IMG/VR virus record: IMGVR_UViG_3300042470_001026 | Reading direction: 5' to 3' (one strand) | Length of the DNA: 64,000 nt | Source: an uncultured virus (IMG/VR IMGVR_UViG_3300042470_001026) | Taxonomy: Duplodnaviria; Heunggongvirae; Uroviricota; Caudoviricetes | Shown: positions 9,542-17,836 of the stretch, piece after piece | Numbering within the stretch: the first letter of the stretch is position 1 | Layout of the letters: the number at the start of each line of letters is the position of its first letter | Program-made: the position numbers and the translations under genes | Notes under the pieces: generated by a model | Told to the model about the DNA's origin: nothing | What the model saw: the letters and a program-made list of their open reading frames with translations, nothing else | The model's database searches: none

Positions 9542-10742
9542 TTACAACGCCCCCACTGGGTTTGCAACTGTTTCAAAAAACCTAGTAAAAAATTGGAAAA
9601 AAATATTTGGGGACTCCTTAAAAATGGATATTGTTGCCGTTAATTACTTTGGTGACGATTACACGGAAGGAGAAAATATTCGGGTTATTTCAGCCAAGAA
9701 AAAGGACGTAGCAAAAGACGATTGGGGTCGCTATGTTTTTATGCGTAGCCTAAAAGATATTGATTATGACCTTATATTCTGTTTGGCTGACTTGGGAACA
9801 ATAGTTCCTATGATTCCATATTTAAAAGAAATTAAGGATGAAAAAAAGGCTGCCAACCGTAAGCAGTTCAAAAGCATATTGTACTTCCCCGTAGACTTTG
9901 CCCTAACCCCTAATCTGGGGGCTGGCCTAGAATTTTTTGATTCTCTAGCCACTTATACAGAATATGGTAGGTTTCATGCCTTGAGAATAAACCCAGCCAT
10001 TAAAGGTAAGATTAAGGTTGTGCCACACGGAAATAACATGGAAAACTTCTACCCCCTACCAGCGGAAGAAGCACAATCCTTTAGAAAAGAATACTTTGGT
10101 GAGAATGCTGACAAGTTTATAATTGGGTCTGTAAACAGAAATCAGTCCAGAAAAGACATTCCCACGACAATTTTTGGCTTTTTAGAATATTGGGAAAACC
10201 ACAACAGCAACAGCTTTCTATACCTCCACATGAACCCTAAAGACCCGATGGGCTGGCATTTAAGGACTATACTTGCCCAAACCCCTCTTCGGGAAGGAAA
10301 AGACTTTATGTTCCCGCCACAAGACGATTACAACAAAGGAGCTGACCTTTTTAAACTCAATAAAATATATAACTCATTTGACTGCTTTTTAAGTACTGCT
10401 ACGGGTGGGGGTTGGGAGCTTACCGTTACAGAAGCTATGAGTGCCCGTAAACCCGTTATTATACCAAAGCATACTTCCCTTGAGCATTTGGGAGGGGCAA
10501 ATGGAGAAAGGGCCTATTTCCTAGAAACGTTATATCCCATAGTGGCTATGGTTGATAATATAATTCGTTTCCAATGTGACCTTTATGAGATTTCTGATAC
10601 CCTTGACCAAGTTTATAAAGACAAGAAAAGCCATGCACTTGACCAGACCTTGAAAATAGATAAAGCATATAAATTTGTGGAGTCCTTGAACTGGAATGAC
10701 ATATCCAAGTCTTTTGCTGAAGATATTAAAAAGTTAGGATAA
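9504..10742 (+). CDS. glycosyltransferase family 4 (GT-B)
   Basis: PTGFATV, VPHG, VNRNQSRKD, GGWELTVTEAM. Confidence 0.9.
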   Translation: MSQKNYRILATFDYNAPTGFATVSKNLVKNWKKIFGDSLKMDIVAVNYFGDDYTEGENIRVISAKKKDVAKDDWGRYVFMRSLKDIDYDLIFCLADLGTIVPMIPYLKEIKDEKKAANRKQFKSILYFPVDFALTPNLGAGLEFFDSLATYTEYGRFHALRINPAIKGKIKVVPHGNNMENFYPLPAEEAQSFRKEYFGENADKFIIGSVNRNQSRKDIPTTIFGFLEYWENHNSNSFLYLHMNPKDPMGWHLRTILAQTPLREGKDFMFPPQDDYNKGADLFKLNKIYNSFDCFLSTATGGGWELTVTEAMSARKPVIIPKHTSLEHLGGANGERAYFLETLYPIVAMVDNIIRFQCDLYEISDTLDQVYKDKKSHALDQTLKIDKAYKFVESLNWNDISKSFAEDIKKLG

Positions 10743-10744
10743 AT

Positions 10745-10780
10745 AAAAAACCTATCAATCTCCCGAAAGATAGGTTCTTT
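10745..10780. terminator. bidirectional intrinsic terminator
   Basis: AACCTATC...GATAGGTT stem with an A-run on the left and CTTT on the right, between convergent genes. Confidence 0.6.
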
Positions 10781-10813
10781 AGGTAAAAATAACCCTCCTC
10801 CACAGAGAGGACA

Positions 10814-10927
10814 TTACTTTACATACGCTTTGTACACTAGGTAATAAATACCGATTAGAGCAAGTGTATTGTGTACATTTACTCCACCCAGCCACTTATC
10901 ACTCTTAATGTTGAAAAAATCTCCCAT
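10814..10927 (-). CDS. 37-aa membrane peptide in its own minus-strand unit
   Basis: Hand-translated MGDFFNIKSDKWLGGVNVHNTLALIGIYYLVYKAYVK*; AAA-ATG start, upstream promoter box, downstream terminator. Confidence 0.7.
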   Translation of the reverse strand: MGDFFNIKSDKWLGGVNVHNTLALIGIYYLVYKAYVK

Positions 10928-10968
10928 TTTGAGTAGATTGAGTTGTTAAGAAATATTGTTGACGATTT

Positions 10969-10976
10969 CAAAGATA
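10969..10976 (-). promoter_or_regulatory. Bacteroidota -7 promoter element (TAnnTTTG)
   Basis: Minus strand reads TATCTTTG about 42 nt upstream of the 10927 ATG. Confidence 0.55.
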
Positions 10977-11007
10977 ATGTATATTTTTATTCCAAATTTT
11001 TTTTACT

Positions 11008-13050
11008 TTGAAAAGAAGGGGTAGAAAATCTGCTGCTCAAACTCCAGCACCAGCAAAAGAAAGGGTTTATGGGTCTAAAAAGAACCCATCAGGAAGTGCT
11101 GCAAGCAAATCTTCAGCTTCTAAAATACAGCTTTCAGATTCAATAGTTGAAACTTTAAAAAATAAAGCAAAAAAGTATAACGAAAGCCATAAAAAAGATG
11201 TTTCTACTTCCACTTTAAAAGCAGTTATGCGAAGAGGGATGGGAGCCTATTCAAAATCACATAGACCAACAATAACGGGGGGAGCACCTAATTCAAGACA
11301 AGCATGGGGTTTTGCTAGAGTAAACAAATTTCTTAAAAAGAAATCTGGAGAGCCAGTGAAAAAAGCATACATACAAGACGATGACCTTTTAGAAAATGGG
11401 GGAGAATTGCCAGTAGGAAAATTAGCAAAAGGGATGTCATTATCTGAAGTGGCAGCCAAGCACGGTCTATCGGCTGATGCCTTGAAATCGGAATTGATGC
11501 TCGGAATTGAGACAGAAAAAGAGCACACCGACAATCCAGAGATTGCCAGAGCTATTGCCCTTGACCATCTTTTTGAAGACCCCAAATATTATACTAAGCT
11601 GAAGCAAATGGAAGGGATGGATTTACACCTTTCTGAAATATCTGCTAAATACGCTAACGGAGGGTCAATAACTCCTATTTTTCAATTTAATACCCCGACT
11701 GGGGAAAAGTCTAGCCTAACCTACCTTCAGCAAGTATTGGTCAGGACAAAGGCTTTTAAAACTTTTTTTGGGGACTGGGAAGCAGCTGCAAAAAGATTTT
11801 TAGCTGATAATAGGCAAAACTTCGCCAAGCATTTTGCTGGTGTTTCTCTGGTTTTAGATTATACCACATTTGAGCCTAAAGCGGTTTATCATGGGACAAG
11901 AAGTGAAAGTGAGTTTTTCCGTTTTGATGTAAACAAGGATAAGGGTATGGGTAGACCTTACGGCTATTTCGCCCATAATAAACAATATTCTCAAAACTTT
12001 ACTACAAGCTCACAACGTTCTGCAAGAAGCTCAAAACCATATTTGTATGAAGTGTTTTTGGACGTAAGGAAGCCTTTTTATGCAAATACTGACAGCTTCG
12101 TTCTGAAAAATAAGGATGCAAACAGCTGGAGAGCCACAATAGCTTCTGCTATAGCCATCCAGAAATATGCCCCCAACAAGCCTACTTCAGATGAAACTAT
12201 GGAGATTGATTTAGCCGTAGAAAGCCAAATTGGTAAATATATTGAAAGTGTATACAGAAACGGGAATGCTCCTTTTTGGAAGCTTATGGCTGCCGATGTG
12301 GACAAGGACTTCAAATACTTTTTAATGTCCTACGGGTTTGACGGTATCTTTTATTCTGAGGAGTTTCAATCTTCATTTGACCCAGATGACCCAGCACAAT
12401 TTACCCGTGCAGTAACAATATTTGACTCCAAGCAAGTTAAACTAGCGGATGGACGAAACCTGAATTTTGATGCTTTAATTGACGATATCCGTTATGATGA
12501 GGGTGGAGATATTGAAGCAGAGCCAGTAGAAGAAAAATCACTACACATGAATAAGAAAATGAAACTGGGTGCCCTTCTGTTCGGAGATACCTATGCTGAA
12601 GGCGGTGAAGTTATTGATGCAGACGGTAACAAAACTAATGACGGGAAAAAGGGTGGGTATTTTAAGGGTCGTAGTCATTCTGAGGGTGGTATTAAAGCCG
12701 TTAACGTGGACACTGGTCAGCTTATTGAAGTAGAGGGCAACGAAGTTATTATTACTAAAGGGGCAGTTGCTGATGACACCCTCCGTGAATTTGAAGGGGA
12801 AATGCTTACTAACAAACAAATTTTGTCTAAAATCAATCAATCTGGTGGTGGCGTATCTTTTGAAGAAGGTGGGGAATTGAAGGAGGGCGGTCACACTTGC
12901 GGATGCAGTGGCAAAAAATATAATTACGGTGGTCAGCTTATGGAAGACTATAATATTTTAAGGTCTTTGAATGACCCTTATGATGCTAGTAAAGTGGCTG
13001 TAAACAAAGCAAGAAGTTTAGTTGACGACCTAATATCAAAAATGAAATAA
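11008..13050 (+). CDS. mosaic polyvalent protein: DUF5824-like, DUF5661-like, ART-PolyVal-like ADP-ribosyltransferase and GRSHSEGG modules
   Basis: LKAVMRRGMGAY..SHRP..AWGFARVNKF; GIETEKEHT..ARAIALDHL.EDPKYYTKL; VRTKAFKTFFGDWE..VYHGT..F..F..G.YF..VFLDVRKP..GFDG; TTG start uncertain. Confidence 0.7.
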   Translation: MKRRGRKSAAQTPAPAKERVYGSKKNPSGSAASKSSASKIQLSDSIVETLKNKAKKYNESHKKDVSTSTLKAVMRRGMGAYSKSHRPTITGGAPNSRQAWGFARVNKFLKKKSGEPVKKAYIQDDDLLENGGELPVGKLAKGMSLSEVAAKHGLSADALKSELMLGIETEKEHTDNPEIARAIALDHLFEDPKYYTKLKQMEGMDLHLSEISAKYANGGSITPIFQFNTPTGEKSSLTYLQQVLVRTKAFKTFFGDWEAAAKRFLADNRQNFAKHFAGVSLVLDYTTFEPKAVYHGTRSESEFFRFDVNKDKGMGRPYGYFAHNKQYSQNFTTSSQRSARSSKPYLYEVFLDVRKPFYANTDSFVLKNKDANSWRATIASAIAIQKYAPNKPTSDETMEIDLAVESQIGKYIESVYRNGNAPFWKLMAADVDKDFKYFLMSYGFDGIFYSEEFQSSFDPDDPAQFTRAVTIFDSKQVKLADGRNLNFDALIDDIRYDEGGDIEAEPVEEKSLHMNKKMKLGALLFGDTYAEGGEVIDADGNKTNDGKKGGYFKGRSHSEGGIKAVNVDTGQLIEVEGNEVIITKGAVADDTLREFEGEMLTNKQILSKINQSGGGVSFEEGGELKEGGHTCGCSGKKYNYGGQLMEDYNILRSLNDPYDASKVAVNKARSLVDDLISKMK

Positions 13051-13051
13051 A

Positions 13052-14185
13052 ATGGCAGAAGGTAAAGTATCTTTTAAAATAAACGGCTTTCAATATACCG
13101 ATATAAAAGGTGGTGGTAAAAACGATAATATTTATATCAGTGTAGCTGGGACAGCACAAATGATACGCCAATGGATGAAAGCAAAATATCCAGAAATTCC
13201 TACAAGTTACTATTGGGTTAAGTCTAAATCTTTCGCAAACGGTGATTCTATTGATGTTTACCTAAATGAAGCACCAATAGATTTGAAAAAGAAAATAGAG
13301 CAAGAATTAGATGCTCATTTTGAATATGGTAGTCAGCACACTAGCACGCAATATTCTGGGAAAGAATTAAAAAGGACAACTGACGATGGAAAAAACATTC
13401 AATACGGGACTAAATATTTATTCGTCAACAATGAGCCTCCATATGATGCTGAAAAAAAAGAAGTGAATTGGAATTTGTCAAAAAAAGAAGAAAAGACTTC
13501 TATTCCAAGAACAAAGTCAGGTGCTGAAAAAAAATCATACCCTATGGGCGAGATGCTCAATGATTGCTCTGGCTGGTCAATTTTCAAAAAAACCTTACCA
13601 GACGGGCGTATTGTTTATAATGCCAAGATAAAGGCTGAAACTCCTAAAAATAGAGGCGATTGGGCTACTATCAAGGGAGAGATTTATACTGATACTACTT
13701 TCAAGTGGGGCAGATTTGGGGCTTTTGAAAGGTGGGGTAATATTCCAAATGAATCAGAGACGATTGAAAAACTATGCCAGATTTTAGGCAAATATTATGA
13801 AAGCGGTGAGCAGCCAGCTCCAAGCGAAGAGCCGAAAGTAGACCCTTCTTTACCAGAAGTAGGCGATAGGTTTTTTGTAAAAACTGAAGGGGGTCAAACG
13901 ATTTATGAGATTATGAAAATGGAAATGGGCACAGTGTTTGTCCAGCCTGATGGCTCGGAATGGGATGTGCCTTATTCTTTTGCTGACGCAAAAAATAATT
14001 TTGCAGAAGGTAGATGGGTTAAAATTCAAGATGAAGAAGCCGAAGAAACTCCAGCTCCTGAAGCTCCCAAAAAATCAAAAGAGGACATTGAGAAAGCAAT
14101 AAAGGGCTTACAATTCTTGGCTGATAAAGGAAACGAGAAAGCTAAAAAAGCAATTATTGGATTGAAAATATTATTAAATAAATAA
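13052..14185 (+). CDS. LPD29-like polyvalent-protein domain protein
   Basis: TAQMIRQWMKAKYP...WVKSKSFANGDSIDVY resembles LPD29; SH3-like module and helical C-terminal tail. Confidence 0.6.
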   Translation: MAEGKVSFKINGFQYTDIKGGGKNDNIYISVAGTAQMIRQWMKAKYPEIPTSYYWVKSKSFANGDSIDVYLNEAPIDLKKKIEQELDAHFEYGSQHTSTQYSGKELKRTTDDGKNIQYGTKYLFVNNEPPYDAEKKEVNWNLSKKEEKTSIPRTKSGAEKKSYPMGEMLNDCSGWSIFKKTLPDGRIVYNAKIKAETPKNRGDWATIKGEIYTDTTFKWGRFGAFERWGNIPNESETIEKLCQILGKYYESGEQPAPSEEPKVDPSLPEVGDRFFVKTEGGQTIYEIMKMEMGTVFVQPDGSEWDVPYSFADAKNNFAEGRWVKIQDEEAEETPAPEAPKKSKEDIEKAIKGLQFLADKGNEKAKKAIIGLKILLNK

Positions 14186-14187
14186 AA

Positions 14188-15648
14188 ATGGCTACAAAAC
14201 AACAACTTGAAAAAAAGTTAGCTGACCTGAAAGAATCTTTGGACGCTGTCCCAGATGAGTTTAAGGCGGATATTCAAAAAGAAATTGAAGATACCGAGAA
14301 GGAGCTGGCTACGGCCTCAGACGAAGCTCCAAAGCCTTCCAGAAAGAAAGCATCGGAAAAAGCAGCCCCAGAAAGTGGTGATGACTTTTTAAAGGCTATG
14401 CTCTCCACTATTGCAGCTCAAATGGCTTCTGGCGAAGGGACGGGTGTGGATAGCCCTACGGTGAGAGCAATTATCAAAGAATATCTTGACACAGATAAAG
14501 TGAAGCTAAACGAGCTTGACAAGTCTGTTTTAGAAGAGATTAAGAAAAATCAGACTTTAATTCTGTCTATACCAGCATTTGGTAAAAAGATTGAGATTTC
14601 AAGTAGTGTAGCCCGTATTCCAAACTTTTTTGACATTATTGACGATGTGTTGGCGGGAAACAACGTATACCTAATCGGAGAGGCGGGAGGGGGTAAGACC
14701 TATACTGCCGAGCAAGTGGCTATGGCTCTCCAAAGGGAATATGTAACCCTTAACTGCTCTCAATATACTTCTCCCCTAGAGATTTTAGGAGGTCAGTCAG
14801 TAGAGGGTTTCAAAGAGGGTAAATTGATTGATTGCTGGCAAAATGGTAAAATCTTGATTTTGGACGAGATGCCAAAACTTGATGCCAATACAGCGGGTCT
14901 ATTTAACGATGCCCTTGCAAAAAGTAGCAAAACAAGACCTAGCGATAAATCAAAAATTAACTCTGCAAATCCAGAGCAGCCACCGATTCCAAGAAGTGAC
15001 AACTTCGCAGTAATCGCAACGGGTAATATTTATCCTAACGAGCCACCAGCACCTCAATATCGTGGTAATAATCAGCAAGACTTGTCTTTACTAGACCGTT
15101 TCTCTGGAAGCGTTTATTACACTGAATTTGACAATAATACCGACCAAGATACCACACGATTCAAGTTTTTGTATGACTTTCTCGTTGGAAACTATTACGA
15201 GTATATTGACGCTAAAAAGAAAAACCAAGCTCTCCCAGCTCCTAGAGGATTGAGGACAGTTATTGAGTCATTAAACCTTAAAAACCTAGCCCTCGTTTCT
15301 TATCGTACAAATATCGCTTTCCGAGTAGGATTTGAGTTTGAGCTTGTAAGGGCGATTGCCAAAATGGATGGTCAAGAGGTTGAGGAGCGAGGTAAAACCC
15401 TCTTAAAAACCTTCAAAAGCTATATGGTAGCATTTAAAGAAGGCTCTGATGCTTACAATAACATTATCCGAACTACAAAATATACCGAAGACTACATTCG
15501 TAATATGGCAAATACTGCTATCAGGGAAATAACAAAAGACAAAGACGGCTTTTTAAACTCCTTGAATCCGTTAGTAAAATCAAGTGCAAGTGATGTGTTT
15601 AAGAGGTATCAAGATTTTTATGTTGCTAACCCAGTAATTACACAGTAA
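14188..15648 (+). CDS. MoxR/CbbQ/CobS-type AAA+ ATPase
   Basis: Walker A GEAGGGKT, Walker B LILDEM, VIATGN, DLSLLDRF. Confidence 0.9.
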   Translation: MATKQQLEKKLADLKESLDAVPDEFKADIQKEIEDTEKELATASDEAPKPSRKKASEKAAPESGDDFLKAMLSTIAAQMASGEGTGVDSPTVRAIIKEYLDTDKVKLNELDKSVLEEIKKNQTLILSIPAFGKKIEISSSVARIPNFFDIIDDVLAGNNVYLIGEAGGGKTYTAEQVAMALQREYVTLNCSQYTSPLEILGGQSVEGFKEGKLIDCWQNGKILILDEMPKLDANTAGLFNDALAKSSKTRPSDKSKINSANPEQPPIPRSDNFAVIATGNIYPNEPPAPQYRGNNQQDLSLLDRFSGSVYYTEFDNNTDQDTTRFKFLYDFLVGNYYEYIDAKKKNQALPAPRGLRTVIESLNLKNLALVSYRTNIAFRVGFEFELVRAIAKMDGQEVEERGKTLLKTFKSYMVAFKEGSDAYNNIIRTTKYTEDYIRNMANTAIREITKDKDGFLNSLNPLVKSSASDVFKRYQDFYVANPVITQ

Positions 15649-15650
15649 GA

Positions 15651-16946
15651 TTGAATCCGAATCCCACATATTATCGTAGAGAGAAATTAGCGGGCGAGCA
15701 AACAGCCTTCTTATTTGACGGTCTTGACCTATATAATCGTTTTATTGACGAAGTAGACCAAGCTGCACAAGGGAATGCCAGAAGGGGTTTTGACCGAATC
15801 AATTCCCCTAACTATGTTAATAGTAAGGCAAGTCAGAGGTGGTATGGCACAAATGACACAAGCTGGCAAAGTCAGCCTATCTCTACTTTCCTCTTCAATA
15901 ATGAGCTTGATTCGTTTTTACAATCATTTAGGAATAGCACGGTCAATGTAGATATAAGTGATATTGACCAGCAAAAAAGTATAAAATTTACGGAGAAAGA
16001 GATTGGCGTTTTTTCGTTTGACCTTGCGAGCTTGGGGCTAATTAAAGTATACGAATACTATAGCCCCCTATTGAAAAGAATAGTAAAGCCAGAGTTTGTA
16101 AAAAGCTTTAAAAACGATAGAGGCGAATTGATTTTTTATCATATTTATACCCCAGCCGTTCCTAAACACATTTGTAAATATAATATCAGCACAAGTGGAT
16201 ATTATAGCAATATTTTAAAAAGGAATGTCAATAAATCGGACTTGGTGGAGGAGATTACAGATAATGAGATTTATTTTGTTTTTCCAGAAAGGGCAGAAAT
16301 ACCAAGACACGATGTAGAAAGAAAGCAAAAAATTGGAGAAAATGGAAAGCCAAAATTTGCTACCACATTTAAAAAATGCTTCATAGAAATTCCAAAAATT
16401 GAGAAGCCTCTTCCAAGAATAGATATTATTGTGCCAGCCACTTATTCAAAGGAGGTAAACGCCCAAAATCAAATGCTGTATGGCTCAATGGCAGCAATTA
16501 CACTAGCGGAGAAGCTATCAAAATCTGGCGTTAATTATCGTATTATAGCTTGCTACGGTGTGCAGACCACTGGGTCGGGACGTAGTAAAGAAGTTTATCC
16601 TTTCGTGACCCTTAAAAAAGAAGGTGAGCCACTAGATAAAAACAAGATTGCGGTTTTACTGAGTGACGGAAGGCAATTTAGATACCGTCAGTTTAAGGGC
16701 TTTTTTGCCGTCCAATTTGATGCTGGCTATGATTCAAATATCAGTGTTCCAAGCATTGGGAGACCAATAACGGGCACTCAAGAAATTAAGCGAGCCTATT
16801 TAGATTTACTCTCTAAATCGCCAAATCCAGAAGATAGAGCAGCAGCAGAGAGACCTAACAGCAAAATTGTATTGCCTTTAGCTTTATCAGAGAGAGACGC
16901 TCAGAATGCCTACAACAGTATAATCAATCAAATCGTCAACTTATGA
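15651..16946 (+). CDS. degenerate VWA-like partner of the AAA+ ATPase
   Basis: Directly downstream of the AAA+ gene; IDIIVPATYS...AAITLAEKLSKSGVNYRII VWA-like topology; canonical MIDAS not evident. Confidence 0.5.
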   Translation: MNPNPTYYRREKLAGEQTAFLFDGLDLYNRFIDEVDQAAQGNARRGFDRINSPNYVNSKASQRWYGTNDTSWQSQPISTFLFNNELDSFLQSFRNSTVNVDISDIDQQKSIKFTEKEIGVFSFDLASLGLIKVYEYYSPLLKRIVKPEFVKSFKNDRGELIFYHIYTPAVPKHICKYNISTSGYYSNILKRNVNKSDLVEEITDNEIYFVFPERAEIPRHDVERKQKIGENGKPKFATTFKKCFIEIPKIEKPLPRIDIIVPATYSKEVNAQNQMLYGSMAAITLAEKLSKSGVNYRIIACYGVQTTGSGRSKEVYPFVTLKKEGEPLDKNKIAVLLSDGRQFRYRQFKGFFAVQFDAGYDSNISVPSIGRPITGTQEIKRAYLDLLSKSPNPEDRAAAERPNSKIVLPLALSERDAQNAYNSIINQIVNL

Positions 16947-17251
16947 CAAACGACCAAAAAAAGACCATAGAAGAGTTAAGAAGCCAATTTAACAATAATT
17001 GTAAATTATATGTTGAATACGGTAGTAATCGTATATGCAATTTTCAGATTTTCTTTAATGAGGAAAATCCAGAGGACAAAAATATTACAGTAGTCGTAAC
17101 GGCTATAGACGGAGTTAGTGACAATTTTCAGCCTTACATAAAAACATCTAATATTATGGTAGAGCCTGATGGCATAACTTTTAATATGAGTGATGTTTTT
17201 CCAGAAAGTAAAGTCGTTGAATATGTTCAAAAATTGAAAAAAATATCTTGA
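16943..17251 (+). CDS. hypothetical protein
   Basis: 102 aa, coupled overlaps. Confidence 0.7.
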   Translation: MTNDQKKTIEELRSQFNNNCKLYVEYGSNRICNFQIFFNEENPEDKNITVVVTAIDGVSDNFQPYIKTSNIMVEPDGITFNMSDVFPESKVVEYVQKLKKIS

Positions 17252-17835
17252 TGGGAAAACTACTTACGATATTAGGAGCAGACGATAAAATACAAGAGAA
17301 GCTACCAGCCGATTTATTTCAGGCTGAAAAAGTAATTATTGGACTTCAAGAAATATATTCCAAAGCTCCAGAAAGCCCTAAAAAGAATCAACTTGCAATA
17401 GCAATATCTGAAGCAGTCAGAGTTATGATGGCAAGGCTAAACCCATATTTAGTTAAAGATGAAGTAGAAGAAAAGACCGAAGAGGAGGAGAAAAAGCTAC
17501 CTGACGAAAAAGAAGCTCCTAAAGTTAGAAAAGAGCAACCAAAGCCTCCTATGCCTCCAGAAATTCCAGAAACACCAGAAAATAAGCCTAAAGACCAGCC
17601 GAAGCCAGAGGATGAAGAGCCAAAAGCTCCGAAGAAGGGAAAACCCGAGAAACCTCAAGCTCCAGAATCTCCAACGCCTAGTTCTCATAAGAGGGTTGAA
17701 GAGGAGCCAATGACTTGTGAAGAGATTAAAGACGCAATTAAGGGTTTAACCTTACTTGTTAAAATGGGAGATTTTGAAGCAAAAGAAATTGTAAAAGTTT
17801 TAAAAAATAAATACAAAACTCAAAATTGTAAATAA
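17251..17835 (+). CDS. Pro/Glu/Lys-rich linker protein with helical C-terminal motif
   Basis: ATG at 17251 (TGATG overlap); C-terminus resembles that of 13052..14185. Confidence 0.7.
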   Translation: MGKLLTILGADDKIQEKLPADLFQAEKVIIGLQEIYSKAPESPKKNQLAIAISEAVRVMMARLNPYLVKDEVEEKTEEEEKKLPDEKEAPKVRKEQPKPPMPPEIPETPENKPKDQPKPEDEEPKAPKKGKPEKPQAPESPTPSSHKRVEEEPMTCEEIKDAIKGLTLLVKMGDFEAKEIVKVLKNKYKTQNCK

Positions 17836-17836
17836 A

